From the human T2T-CHM13v2.0 reference genome, Homo sapiens: a stretch of 64,000 bases of DNA. Location: assembly GCF_009914755.1 (NCBI RefSeq), contig NC_060938.1. One strand, 5' to 3'. Below are positions 39,455-53,116 of this stretch, in pieces. The notes below the pieces were generated by a model. That model was not told the origin of the DNA. It worked only from the letters and a program-made list of their open reading frames with translations, and made no database searches. The position numbers were made by a program, and so were the translations under genes. How positions within the stretch are numbered: position 1 is the first letter of the stretch; every line of letters starts with the position of its first letter.

Positions 39455-42400
39455 ATGAAAACTAGACAGAAACATTCTCAGTACCTACTTTGTTATGTTT
39501 GCATTCAACTCACAGAGATGGACATACCTTTTCCTAGAGCAGTTTTGGAAAACTCTTTTGGTAGAATATGCAAATGGATAATTGGAACGCTTTCAGGCCT
39601 TCGTTGGAAATGTGAATATCTTCAAATAAAAACTAGACAAAAGCATTCTCCGAAACTTCTTTGTGATGGGGGCATTCAACTCACAAGCTTGAACCTTTCT
39701 TTTCATAGAGCAGTCTTGAAACACTCTTTTTGAAGAATCGGCAAGTGGACATTTGGAGAGCTTTGAGGCCTATGGTGAGAAAGAAAATATCTTCACATAA
39801 AAGCCAGACAGAAGCATTCTGAAAAACTTCTTTGTGCTGTTTGCATTCAACTCACAAAGTTGAAAATACCTTTTCATAGAGGAGTTTTGAAACACTCTTT
39901 TCGTAGAATCTGCAAGTGGATATTTGGACTGCTTTTAGATTTTCTTTGGAAACAGGAATATCTTTACATAAACACAAGACAGATGCATTCTCAGAAAGTT
40001 CTTTGTGATGTGTGCATTCAAATCACAGATTTGAACATACCTTGTCATAGAGCAGTTTTGAAACACTCGTTTCGTAGAATCTGCAAGTGGATATTTGGAC
40101 TGCTTTGAGGCCTTCGTCGGAAACGGGAATATCTTCACATAAGAACTAGACAGAAGAATTCTGGGAAATTTCTTTGTGATGTGTGCATTCAACTCACAGA
40201 GTTGAACCTTTCTGTTGATAGAGCAGTTTGGAAACACTCTTTTCGCAAAATCTGCAAAGTGGATATTTGTACTGCTTAGAGGCCTTCGTTGGAAACGGGA
40301 ATATCTCCACATAAAAACTAGACAGAAGCATTCTCAGAAACTTCTTTGTGATCTGCACATTCAACACAAAGAGTTGAGTCTTCCTTTTGATAGAGCAGTT
40401 TTTAAACACTCTTTTTGTAGAATCTGCAAGTGGACATTTGGAAAGCTTTGAGGCCTGTGGTGGAAAAGGAAATACCTTCACATAAAAACCAGATGGAAGC
40501 ATTCTCAGAAACTTCTTTGTATTGTTTGCATTCAACCCACAGAGTTGAACATACCTTTTCACAGAGCAGTTTTGAAACACTCCTTTTGTAGAATCTGTAA
40601 GTTGATATATGGAGTGCTTTGAGGCCTTCTTTGTAAACGGGAATATCTTCACATAAAAACTAGAGAGAAGCATTCTCAGAGCCTTCTTTGTGATGTGTGC
40701 ATTCAACTCACAGAGCTGAACCTTTCTTTTCATAGAGCTGTTTGGAAGCACTGTTTTTTTAGAATCCGCATGTGGAAATTTTCAGAGCTTCGAGGCCTGT
40801 GGTGGAGAAGGAAATATCTTCACATAAAAACTAGACAGAAGCATTCTCAGAAACTTGTTTGTGACGTTTGCATTCAACTCACAGAGTTGAACATACCTTT
40901 TCATAGAGCAGTTTTGAAACTCTCTTTTCGTAGGATCTGCAAATGGATATTTGGACTGCTTTGAGGCCTTCGTTGGAAAGAGGAATATCTTCACATAAAA
41001 ACTAGACGGAAGCATTCTCAGAAACTTCTTTGTGATGTGTGAATTCAACTCTCAGAGTTGAAGCTTTCTATTGATAGAGCAGTTTTGAAAAACCGTTTTT
41101 GTAGAATCTGCCAGTGGACATTTGGAGAGCTTGGAGGCCTACGGTGGAAAAGGAAATATCTTCACATAAAAACCAGACACAAAGATTCTCAGAAACTTCT
41201 TTGTGACGTTTGCACTCAACTCACAGAGTTGAACACACCTTTTCATAGAGCAGTTTTGAAGCAGTCTTTTCGTAGAATCTGCAAGTGTATATTTGGAATG
41301 CTTTGAGGCCTTCATTGTAAACGAGAATATCTTCACATAAAAACGAGACAGAAGCATTCTCAGCAACTACTTTGTGATGATTGCATTCAACTCACTGTGT
41401 TAACCTTTATTTTGATAGCGCAGTTTGGAAACACTGTTTTTGTAGCATCTGCAAGTGGTCATTTGGAGAGCTTTGAGGCCTATGGTGGAAAAGGAAATAT
41501 CTTCACATAAAAACAGGACAGAAGCATTTTCAGAATCTCCGCTGTGATGTTTGCATTCAACTCACAGAGTTGAACGTCCCTTTTCATAGGGCAGTTTTGA
41601 AACACTCTTCGTAGAATCTGCCAGTGGATATTTGGACTGATTTGAGGCCTTTGTTGGACACGGGAATATCTTCATATAAAAACTAGAAAGAAGTATTCTC
41701 AGAAACTTCTTTGTGATGTGTGCATTCAACTCAGAGAGTTGAACTTTTCTTTTGATAGAGCAGTTTTGAAACAGACTTTTTGCAGAATCTGCAAGTGGAC
41801 ATTTGGGAAGCTTTGAGGCCTATGGTGGAAAATGATATACCTTCACATAAAAACCAGACAGAAGCATTTTCAGAAACTTCTTTGCGATGTTTACATTCAA
41901 CTCACAGTGTTAACCTTTATTTTCATAGAACAGTTTTGAAACACTGTTTTTGTAGCATCTGCAAGTGGTCATTTGGGGAGCTTTGAGGCCTATGGTGGAA
42001 AAGGAAATATCTCCACATAAAAACTGGACAGAAGCATTCTCAGAATCTCCTCTGTGATGTTTGCATTCAACTCACAGAGTTGAACATACCTTTTCATAGA
42101 GCAGTTTTGAAACACTCTTTTTGTAGAATCTGCCAGTGGATATTTGGACTGATTTGAGGCCTTTGTTGTAAACGGAATACCTTCACATAAAATCTAGAAA
42201 GAAGAATTCTCAGAAACTTCTTTGTGATATGTGCATTCAACTCAGAGAGTTGAACTTTTCTTTTGATAGAGCAGTTTTGAAGCAGACTTTTTGTAGAATC
42301 TGCAAGTGGACATTTGGGAAGCTTTGAGGCCTATGGTGGAAAATGATATACCTTCACATAAAAAGAAGACAGAAGCATTTTCAGAAACTTCTTTGTGATG

Positions 42401-43040
42401 TTTGCATTCAACTCACAGAGATGAAATACCTTTTCATAGCGCAGTTTTGAAAAACTCTTTTCGTAGTATCTGCAAGGGGATATTTGGACTGCTTTGAGGC
42501 CTTCAGTGGAAACAGAAATATCTTAACATAAAAATTAGACAGAAGCATTCTCAGAAACTTCTTTGTGATGAGGCCATTCAACTCACAGAGCTGAACCACT
42601 CTTTTGAAGGAGCAGTTTGAAACATTCTTTTTGTAGAATCTGCAAGTGCAAAGCCAAGAGAGCTTTGAGGCCTACAGTGGAAAAGGAAATATCTTCACAT
42701 AAAAACTGGACAGAAGCATTCTCAAAAACATCTTTGTGATATTTGCATTCAACTCACAGAGTTGAAAATAACTTTTCGTAGAGCAGTTTTGAAACACTCT
42801 TTTTGTAGAATCTGCAAGAGGATATTTGGACTGCTTTAAGGACCTCGTTGGAAACGGGAATATCTTCACATAAAAACTAGACAGAAGCATTCTCAGAAAC
42901 ACCTTTGTGATATGGGCATTCAACTCAGAGAGTTGAACCTTTCTTTTGATAGAGCAGTTTTGAAACACTGTTTTTATAGAATCTGCAAGTGGACATTTGG
43001 AGACTTTTGAAGCATATGGTGGAAATGGAAATACCTTCCC
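39455..43040 (+). repeat. Canonical 21-mer HOR period
   Basis: Marker spacing is 3,586 bp. Confidence 0.9.
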
Positions 43041-46000
43041 ATGAAAACTAGACAGAAACATTCTCAGTACCTACTTTGTTATGTTTGCATTCAACTCACA
43101 GAGATGGACATACCTTTTCCTAGAGCAGTTTTGGAAAACTCTTTTGGTAGAATATGCAAATGGATAATTGGAACGCTTTCAGGCCTTCGTTGGAAATGTG
43201 AATATCTTCAAATAAAAACTAGACAAAAGCATTCTCAGAAACTTCTTTGTGATGTGGGCATTCAACTCACAGACTTGAACCTTTCCTTTCATAGAGCAGT
43301 CTTGAAACACTCTTTTTGAAGAATCAGCAAGTGGACATTTGGAGAGCTTTGAGGCCTATGGTGAGAAAGAAAATATCTTCACATAAAAGCCAGACAGAAG
43401 CATTCTGAGAAACTTCTTTGTGCTGTTTGCATTCAACTCACAAAGTTGAAAATACCTTTTCATAGAGGAGTTTTGAAACACTCTTTTCATAGAATCTGCA
43501 AGTGGATATTTGGACTGCTTTTAGGTTTTCTTTGGAAACAGGAATATCTTTACATAAACACTAGACAGATGCATTCTCAGAAAGCTCTTTGTGATGTGTG
43601 CATTCAACTCACAGATTTGAATATACCTTCTCATAGAGCAGTTTTGAAACACTCGTTTCGTAGAATCTGCAAGTGGATATTTGGACTACTTTGAGGCCTT
43701 CGTCGGAAACGGGAATATCTTCACATAAGAACTAGACAGAAGAATTCTGGGAAATTTCTTTGTGATGTGTGCATTCAACTCACAGAGTTGAACCTTTCTG
43801 TTGATAGAGCAGTTTGGAAACACTCTTTTCGCAAAATCTGCAAAGTGGATATTTGTACTGCTTAGAGGCCTTCGTTGGAAACGGGAATATCTCCACATAA
43901 AAACTAGACAGAAGCATTCTCAGAAACTTCTTTGTGATCTGCACATTCAACACAAAGAGTTGAGTCTTCCTTTTGATAGAGCAGTTTTTAAACACTCTTT
44001 TTGTAGAATCTGCAAGTGGACATTTGGAAAGCTTTGAGGCCTGTGGTGGAAAAGGAAATACCTTCACATAAAAACCAGATGGAAGCATTCTCAGAAACTT
44101 CTTTGTATTGTTTGCATTCAACCCACAGAGTTGAACATACCTTTTCACAGAGCAGTTTTGAAACACTCTTTTTGTAGAATCTGTAAGTTGATATATGGAG
44201 TGCTTTGAGGCCTTCTTTGTAAACGGGAATATCTTCACATAAAAACTAGACAGAAGCATTCTCAGAAACTTGTTTGTGACGTTTGCATTCAACTCACAGA
44301 GTTGAACATACCTTTTCATAGAGCAGTTTTGAAACACTCTTTTCGTAGGATCTGCAAATGGATATTTGGACTGCTTTGAGGCCTTCGTTGGAAAGAGGAA
44401 TATCTTCACATAAAAACTAGACGGAAGCATTCTCAGAAACTTCTTTGTGATGTGTGAATTCAACTCACAGAGTTGAAGCTTTCTATTGATAGAGCAGTTT
44501 TGAAAAACCGTTTTTGTAGAATCTGCCAGTGGATATTTAGAGAGCTTGGAGGCCTACGGTGGAAAAGGAAATATCTTCACATAAAAACCGACACAAAGAT
44601 TCTCAGAAACTTCTTTGTGACGTTTGCATTCAACTCACAGATTTGAACACACCTTTTCATAGAGCAGTTTTGAAGCACTCTTTTCGTAGAATCTGCAAGT
44701 GTATATTTGGAATGCTTTGAGGCCTTCATTGTAAACGAGAATATCTTCACATAAAAACGAGACAGAAGCATTCTCAGCAACTACTTTGTGATGATTGCAT
44801 TCAACTCACTGTGTTAACCTTTATTTTGATAGGGCAGTTTTGAAACACTGTTTTTGTAGCATCTGCAAGTGGTGATTTGGAGAGCTTTGAGGCCTATGGT
44901 GGAAAAGGAAATATCTTCACATAAAAACAGGACAGAAGCATTTTCAGAATCTCCGCTGTGATGTTTGCATTCAACTCACAGAGTTGAACGTCCCTTTTCA
45001 TAGGGCAGTTTTGAAACACTCTTCGTAGAATCTGCCAGTGGATATTTGGACTGATTGGAGGCCTTTGTTGGACACGGGAATATCTTCATATAAAAACTAG
45101 AAAGAAGAATTCTCAGAAACTTCTTTGTGATGTGTGCATTCAACTCAGAGAGTTGAACTTTTCTTTTGATAGAGCAGTTTTGAAACAGACTTTTTGCAGA
45201 ATCTGCAAGTGGACATTTGGGAAGCTTTGAGGCCTATGGTGGAAAATGATATACCTTCACATAGAAACCAGACAGAAGCATTTTCAGAAACTTCTTTGCG
45301 ATGTTTGCATTCAACTCACAGTGTTAACCTTTATTTTCATAGAACAGTTTTGAAACACTGTTTTTGTAGCATCTGCAAGTGGTCATTTGGAGAGCTTTGA
45401 GGCCTATGGTGGAAAAGGAAATATCTCCACATAAAAACTGGACAGAAGCATTCTCAGAATCTCCTCTGTGATGTTTGCATTCAACTCACAGAGTTGAACA
45501 TACCTTTTCATAGAGCAGTTTTGAAACACTCTTTTCGTAGAATCCACAAGTGGATATTTGGACTGATTTGAGGCCTTTGTTGGAAACGGGAATACCTTCA
45601 CATAAAATCTAGAAAGAAGAATTCTCAGAAACTTCTTTGTGATATGTGCATTCAACTCAGAGAGTTGAACTTTTCTTTTGATAGAGCAGTTTTGAAACAG
45701 ACTTTTTGTAGAATCTGCAAGTGGACATTTGGGAAGCTTTGAGGCCTATGGTGGAAAATGATATACCTTCACATAAAAAGAAGACAGAAGCATTTTCAGA
45801 AACTTCTTTGTGATGTTTGCATTCAACTCACAGAGATGAAATACCTTTTCATAGCGCAGTTTTGAAAAACCCTTTTCGTAGTATCTGCAAGGGGATATTT
45901 GGACTGCTTTGAGGCCTTCAGTGGAAACAGAAATATCTTAACATAAAAATTAGACAAAAGCATTCTCAGAAACTTCTTTGTGATGAGGCCATTCAACTCA

Positions 46001-46455
46001 CAGAGCTGAACCAGTCTTTTGAAGGAGCAGTTTGAAACATTCTTTTTGTAGAATCTGCAAGTGCAAAGCCAAGAGAGCTTTGAGGCCTACAGTGGAGAAG
46101 GAAATATCTTCACATAAAAACTGGACAGAAGCATTCTCAAAAACATCTTTGTGATATTTGCATTCAACTCACAGAGTTGAAAATAACTTTTCGTAGAGCA
46201 GTTTTGAAACACTCTTTTTGTAGAATCTGCAAGAGGAGATTTGGACTGCTTTAAGGACCTCGTTGGAAACGGTAATATCTTCACATAAAAACTAGACAGA
46301 AGCATTCTCAGAAACACCTTTGTGATGTGGGCATTCAACTCAGAGAGTTGAACCTTTCTTTTGATAGAGCAGTTTTGAAACACTGTTTTTATAGAATCTG
46401 CAAGTGGACATTTGGAGACTTTAGAAGCATATGGTGGAAATGGAAATACCTTCCC
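43041..46455 (+). repeat. 20-mer variant (m15 deleted)
   Basis: Period is 3,415 bp. The m14 end (TTCTTTGTAAACGGG) is followed directly by m16 (AAACTTGTTTGTGACG) at ~44230-44280. Confidence 0.88.
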
Positions 46456-49400
46456 ATGAAAACTAGACAGAAACATTCTCAGTACCTACTTTGTTATGTT
46501 TGCATTCAACTCACAGAGATGGACATACCTTTTCATAGAGCAGTTTTGGAAAACTCTTTTGGTAGAATATGCAAATGGATAATTGGAACGCTTTCAGGCC
46601 TTCGTTGGAAATGTGAATATCTTCAAATAAAAACTAGACAAAAGCATTCTCCGAAACTTCTTTGTGATGGGGGCATTCAACTCACAAGCTTGAACCTTTC
46701 TTTTCATAGAGCAGTCTTGAAACACTCTTTTTGAAGAATCGGCAAGTGGACATTTGGAGAGCTTTGAGGCCTATGGTGAGAAAGAAAATATCTTCACATA
46801 AAAGCCAGACAGAAGCATTCTGAAAAACTTCTTTGTGCTGTTTGCATTCAACTCACAAAGTTGAAAATACCTTTTCATAGAGGAGTTTTGAAACACTCTT
46901 TTCGTAGAATCTGCAAGTGGATATTTGGACTGCTTTTAGGTTTTCTTTGGAAACAGGAATATCTTTACATAAACACTAGACAGATGCATTCTCAGAAAGT
47001 TCTTTGTGATGTGTGCATTCAAATCACAGATTTGAACATACCTTGTCATAGAGCAGTTTTGAAACACTCGTTTCGTAGAATCTCCAAGTGGATATTTGGA
47101 CTGCTTTGAGGCCTTCGTCGGAAACGGGAATATCTTCACATAAGAACTAGACAGAAGAATTCTGGGAAATTTCTTTGTGATGTGTGCATTCAACTCACAG
47201 AGTTGAACCTTTCTGTTGATAGAGCAGTTTGGAAACACTCTTTTCGCAAAATCTGCAAAGTGGATATTTGTACTGCTTAGAGGCCTTCGTTGGAAACGGG
47301 AATATCTCCACATAAAAACTAGACAGAAGCATTCTCAGAAACTTCTTTGTGATCCGCACATTCAACACAAAGAGTTGAGTCTTCCTTTTGATAGAGCAGT
47401 TTTTAAACACTCTTTTTGTAGAATCTGCAAGTGGACATTTGGAAAGCTTTGAGGCCTGTGGTGGAAAAGGAAATACCTTCACATAAAAACCAGATGGAAG
47501 CATTCTCAGAAACTTCTTTGTATTGTTTGCATTCAACCCACAGAGTTGAACATACCTTTTCACAGAGCAGTTTTGAAACACTCCTTTTGTAGAATCTGTA
47601 AGTTGATATATGGAGTGCTTTGAGGCCTTCTTTGTAAACGGGAATATCTTCACATAAAAACTAGAGAGAAGCATTCTCAGAGCCTTCTTTGTGATGTGTG
47701 CATTCAACTCACAGAGCTGAACCTTTCTTTTCATAGAGCTGTTTGGAAGCACTGTTTTTTTAGAATCCGCATGTGGAAATTTTCAGAGCTTCGAGGCCTG
47801 TGGTGGAGAAGGAAATATCTTCACATAAAAACTAGACAGAAGCATTCTCAGAAACTTGTTTGTGACGTTTGCATTCAACTCACAGAGTTGAACATACCTT
47901 TTCATAGAGCAGTTTTGAAACTCTCTTTTCGTAGGATCTGCAAATGGATATTTGGACTGCTTTGAGGCCTTCGTTGGAAAGAGGAATATCTTCACATAAA
48001 AACTAGACGGAAGCATTCTCAGAAACTTCTTTGTGATGTGTGAATTCAACTCACAGAGTTGAAGCTTTCTATTGATAGAGCAGTTTTGAAAAACCGTTTT
48101 TGTAGAATCTGCCAGTGGATATTTGGAGAGCTTGGAGGCCTACGGTGGAAAAGGAAATATCTTCACATAAAAACCAGACACAAAGATTCTCAGAAACTTC
48201 TTTGTGACGTTTGCATTCAACTCACAGAGTTGAACACACCTTTTCATAGAGCAGTTTTGAAACAGTCTTTTCGTAGAATCTGCAAGTGTATATTTGGAAT
48301 GCTTTGAGGCCTTCATTGTAAACGAGAATATCTTCACATAAAAACGAGACAGAAGCATTCTCAGCAACTACTTTGTGATGATTGCATTCAACTCACTGTG
48401 TTAACCTTTATTTTGATAGGGCAGTTTTGAAACACTGTTTTTGTAGCATCTGCAAGTGGTGATTTGGAGAGCTTTGAGGCCTATGGTGGAAAAGGAAATA
48501 TCTTCACATAAAACAGGACAGAAACATTTTCAGAATCTCCGCTGTGATGTTTGCATTGAACTCACAGAGTTGAACGTCCCCTTTCATAGAGCAGTTTTGA
48601 AACACTTTTCGTAGAATCTGCCAGTGGATATTTGGACTGATTGGAGGCCTTTGTTGGACACGGGAATATCTTCATATAAAAACTAGAAAGAAGAATTCTC
48701 AGAAACTTCTTTGTGATGTGTGCATTCAACTCAGAGAGTTGAACTTTTCTTTTGATAGAGCAGTTTTGAAACAGACTTTTTGCAGAATCTGCAAGTGGAC
48801 ATTTGGGAAGCTTTGAGGCCTATGGTGGAAAATGATATACCTTCACATAGAAACCAGACAGAAGCATTTTCAGAAACTTCTTTGCGATGTTTGCATTCAA
48901 CTCACAGTGTTAACCTTTATTTTCATAGAACAGTTTTGAAACACTGTTTTTGTAGCATCTGCAAGTGGTCATTTGGAGAGCTTTGAGGCCTATGGTGGAA
49001 AAGGAAATATCTCCACATAAAAACTGGACAGAAGCATTCTCAGAATCTCCTCTGTGATGTTTGCATTCAACTCACAGAGTTGAACATACCTTTTCATAGA
49101 GCAGTTTTGAAACACTCTTTTCGTAGAATCCACAAGTGGATATTTGGACTGATTTGAGGCCTTTGTTGGAAACGGGAATACCTTCACATAAAATCTAGAA
49201 AGAAGAATTCTCAGAAACTTCTTTGTGATATGTGCATTCAACTCAGAGAGTTGAACTTTTCTTTTCATAGAGCAGTTTTGAAACAGACTTTTTGTAGAAT
49301 CTGCAAGTGGACATTTGGGAAGCTTTGAGGCCTATGGTGGAAAATGATATACCTTCACATAAAAAGAAGACAGAAGCATTTTCAGAAACTTCTTTGTGAT

Positions 49401-50041
49401 GTTTGCATTCAACTCACAGAGATGAAATACCTTTTCATAGCGCAGTTTTGAAAAACTCTTTTCGTAGTATCTGCAAGGGGATATTTGGACTGCTTTGAGG
49501 CCTTCAGTGGAAACAGAAATATCTTAACATAAAAATTAGACAGAAGCATTCTCAGAAACTTCTTTGTGATGAGGCCATTCAACTCACAGAGCTGAACCAC
49601 TCTTTTGAAGGAGCAGTTTGAAACATTCTTTTTGTAGAATCTGCAAGTGCAAAGCCAAGAGAGCTTTGAGGCCTACAGTGGAAAAGGAAATATCTTCACA
49701 TAAAAACTGGACAGAAGCATTCTCAAAAACATCTTTGTGATATTTGCATTCAACTCACAGAGTTGAAAATAACTTTTCGTAGAGCAGTTTTGAAACACTC
49801 TTTTTGTAGAATCTGCAAGAGGAGATTTGGACTGCTTTAAGGACCTCGTTGGAAACGGGAATATCTTCACATAAAATCTAGACAGAAGCATTCTCAGAAA
49901 CACTTTTGTGATGTGGGCATTCAACTCAGAGAGTTGAACCTTTCTTTTGATAGAGCAGTTTTGAAACACTGTTTTTATAGAATCTGCAAGTGGACATTTG
50001 GAGACTTTTGAAGCATATGGTGGAAATGGAAATACCTTCCC
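46456..50041 (+). repeat. Canonical 21-mer HOR period
   Basis: Marker spacing is 3,586 bp. Confidence 0.9.
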
Positions 50042-53000
50042 ATGAAAACTAGACAGAAACATTCTCAGTACCTACTTTGTTATGTTTGCATTCAACTCAC
50101 AGAGATGGACATACCTTTTCATAGAGCAGTTTTGGAAAACTCTTTTGGTAGAATATGCAAATGTATAATTGGAACGCTTTCAGGCCTCCGTTGGAAATGT
50201 GAATATCTTCAAATAAAAACTAGACAAAAGCATTCTCAGAAACTTCTTTGTGATGTGGGCATTCACCTCACAGACTTGAACCTTTCTTTTCATAGAGCAG
50301 TCTTGAAACACTCTTTTTGAAGTATCGGCAAGTGGACATTTGGAGAGCTTTGGGGCCTATGGTGAGAAAGAAAATATCTTCACATAAAAACCAGACAGAA
50401 GCATTCTGAGAAACTTCTTGTGCTGTTTGCATTCAACTCAAAAAGTTGAAAATACCTTTTCATAGAGGAGTTTTGAAACACTCTTTTTGTAGAATCTGCA
50501 AGTGGATATTTGGACTGTTTTTAGGTTTTCTTTGGAAACAGGAATATCTTTACATAAACACTAGACAGATGCATTCTCAGAAAGTTCTTTGTGATGTGTG
50601 CATTCAACTCACAGATTTGAACAGACCTTGTCATAGAGCAGTTTTGAAACACTCGTTTCGTAGAATCTCCAAGTGGATATTTGGACTGCTTTGAGGCCTT
50701 CGTCGGAAACGGGAATATCTTCACATAAGAACTAGACAGAAGAATTCTGGGAAATTTCTTTGTGATGTGTGCATCCAACTCACAGAGTTGAACCTTTCTG
50801 TTGATAGAGCAGTTTGGAAACACTCTTTTGGCAAAATCTGCAGAGTGGATATTTGTACTGCTTAGAGGCCTTCGTTGGAAACGGGAATGTCTCCACATAA
50901 AAACTAGACAGAAGCATTCTCAGAAACTTCTTTGTGATCTGCACATTCAACACAAAGAGTTGAATCTTCCTTTTGATAGATCAGTTTTTAAACACTCTTT
51001 TTGTAGAATCTGCAAGTGGACATTTGGAAAGCTTTGAGGCCTGTGGTGGAAAAGGAAATACCTTCACATAAAAACCAGATGGAAGCATTCTCAGAAACTT
51101 CTTTGTATTGTTTGCATTCAACCCACAGAGTTGAACATACCTTTTCACAGAGCAGTTTTGAAACACTCTTTTTGTAGAATCTGCAAGTGGATATATGGAG
51201 TGCTTTGAGGCCTTCTTTGTAAACGGGAATATCTGCACATAAAAACTAGAGAGAAGCATTCTCAGAGCCTTCTTTGTGATGTGTGCATTCAACTCACAGA
51301 GCTGAACCTTTCTTTTGATAGAGCTGTTTTGAAGCACTGTTTTTTTAGAATCTGCATGTGGAAATTTTCAGAGCTTCGAGGCCTGTGGTGGAGAAGGAAA
51401 TATCTTCACATAAAAACTAGACAGAAGCATTCTCAGAAACTTGTTTGTGACGTTTGCATTCAACTCACAGAGTTGAACATACCTTTTCATAGAGCAGTTT
51501 TGAAACACTCTTTTCGTAGGATCTGCAAATGGATATTTGGACTGCTTTGAGGCCTTCGTTGGAAAGAGGAATATCTTCACATAAAAACTAGACGGAAGCA
51601 TTCTCAGAAACTAATTTGTGATGTGTGAATTCAACTCACAGAGTTGAAGCTTTCTATTGATAGAGCAGTTTTGAAAAACCGTTTTTGTAGAATCTGCCAG
51701 TGGATATTTGGAGAGCTTGGAGGCCTACGGTGGAAAAGGAAATATCTTCACATAAAAACCAGACACAAAGATTCTCAGAAACTTCTTTGCGACATTTGCA
51801 TTCAACTCACAGAGTTGAACACACCTTTTCATAGAGCAGTTTTGAAGCACTCTTTTCGTAGAATCTGCAAGTGTATATTTGGAATGCTTTGAGACCTTCA
51901 TTGTAAACGAGAATATCTTCACATAAAAACGAGACAGAAGAATTCTCAGCAACTACTTTGTGATGATTGCATTCAACTCACTGTGTTAACCTTTATTTTG
52001 ATAGGGCAGTTTTGAAACACTGTTTTTGTAGCATCTGCAAGTGGTCATTTGGAGAGCTTTGAGGCCTATGGTGGAAAAGGAAATATCTCCACATAAAAAC
52101 TGGACAGAAGCATTCTCAGAATCTCCTCTGTGATGTTTGCATTCAACTCACAGAGTTGAACATACCTTTTCATAGAGCAGTTTTGAAACACTCTTTTTGT
52201 AGAATCCACAAGTGGATATTTGGACTGATTTGAGGCCTTTGTTGTAAACGGAATACCTTCACATAAAATCTAGAAAGAAGAATTCTCAGAAACTTCTTTG
52301 TGATATGTGCATTCAACTCAGAGAGTTGAACTTTTCTTTTGATAGAGCAGTTTTGAAGCAGACTTTTTGTAGAATCTGCAAGTGGACATTTGGGAAGCTT
52401 TGAGGCCTATGGTGGAAAATGATATACCTTCACATAAAAAGAAGACAGAAGCATTTTCAGAAACTTCTTTGTGATGTTTGCATTCAACTCACAGAGATGA
52501 AATACCTTTTCATAGTGCAGTTTTGAAAAACTCTTTTCGTAGTATCTGCAAGGGGATATTTGGACTGCTTTGAGGCCTTCAGTGGAAACAGAAATATCTT
52601 AACATAAAAATTAGACAGAAGCATTCTCAGAAACTTCTTTGTGATGAGGCCATTCAACTCACAGAGCTGAAGCACTCTTTTGAAGGAGCAGTTTGAAACA
52701 TTCTTTTTGTAGAATCTGCAAGTGCAAAGCCAAGAGAGCTTTGAGGCCTACAGTGGAAAAGGAAATATCTTCACATAAAAACTGGACAGAAGCATTCTCA
52801 AAAACATCTTTGTGATATTTGCATTCAACTCACAGAGTTGAAAATAACTTTTCGTAGAGCAGTTTTGAAACACTCTTTTTGTAGAATCTGCAAGAGGAGA
52901 TTTGGACTGCTTTAAGGACCTCGTTGGAAACGGGAATATCTTCACATAAAATCTAGACAGAAGCATTCTCAGAAACACCTTTGTGATGTGGGCATTCAAC

Positions 53001-53116
53001 TCAGAGAGTTGAACCTTTCTTTTGATAGAGCAGTTTTGAAACACTGTTTTTATAGAATCTGCAAGTGGACATTTGGAGACTTTTGAAGCATATGGTGGAA
53101 ATGGAAATACCTTCCC
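50042..53116 (+). repeat. 18-mer variant (internal trimer duplication collapsed; m19/m1 hybrid)
   Basis: Period is 3,075 bp. The monomer at ~51940-52110 starts as m19 (CAGCAACTAC, GATAGGGC) and ends as m1 (ATCTCCACATAAAAACTGG). Confidence 0.88.
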
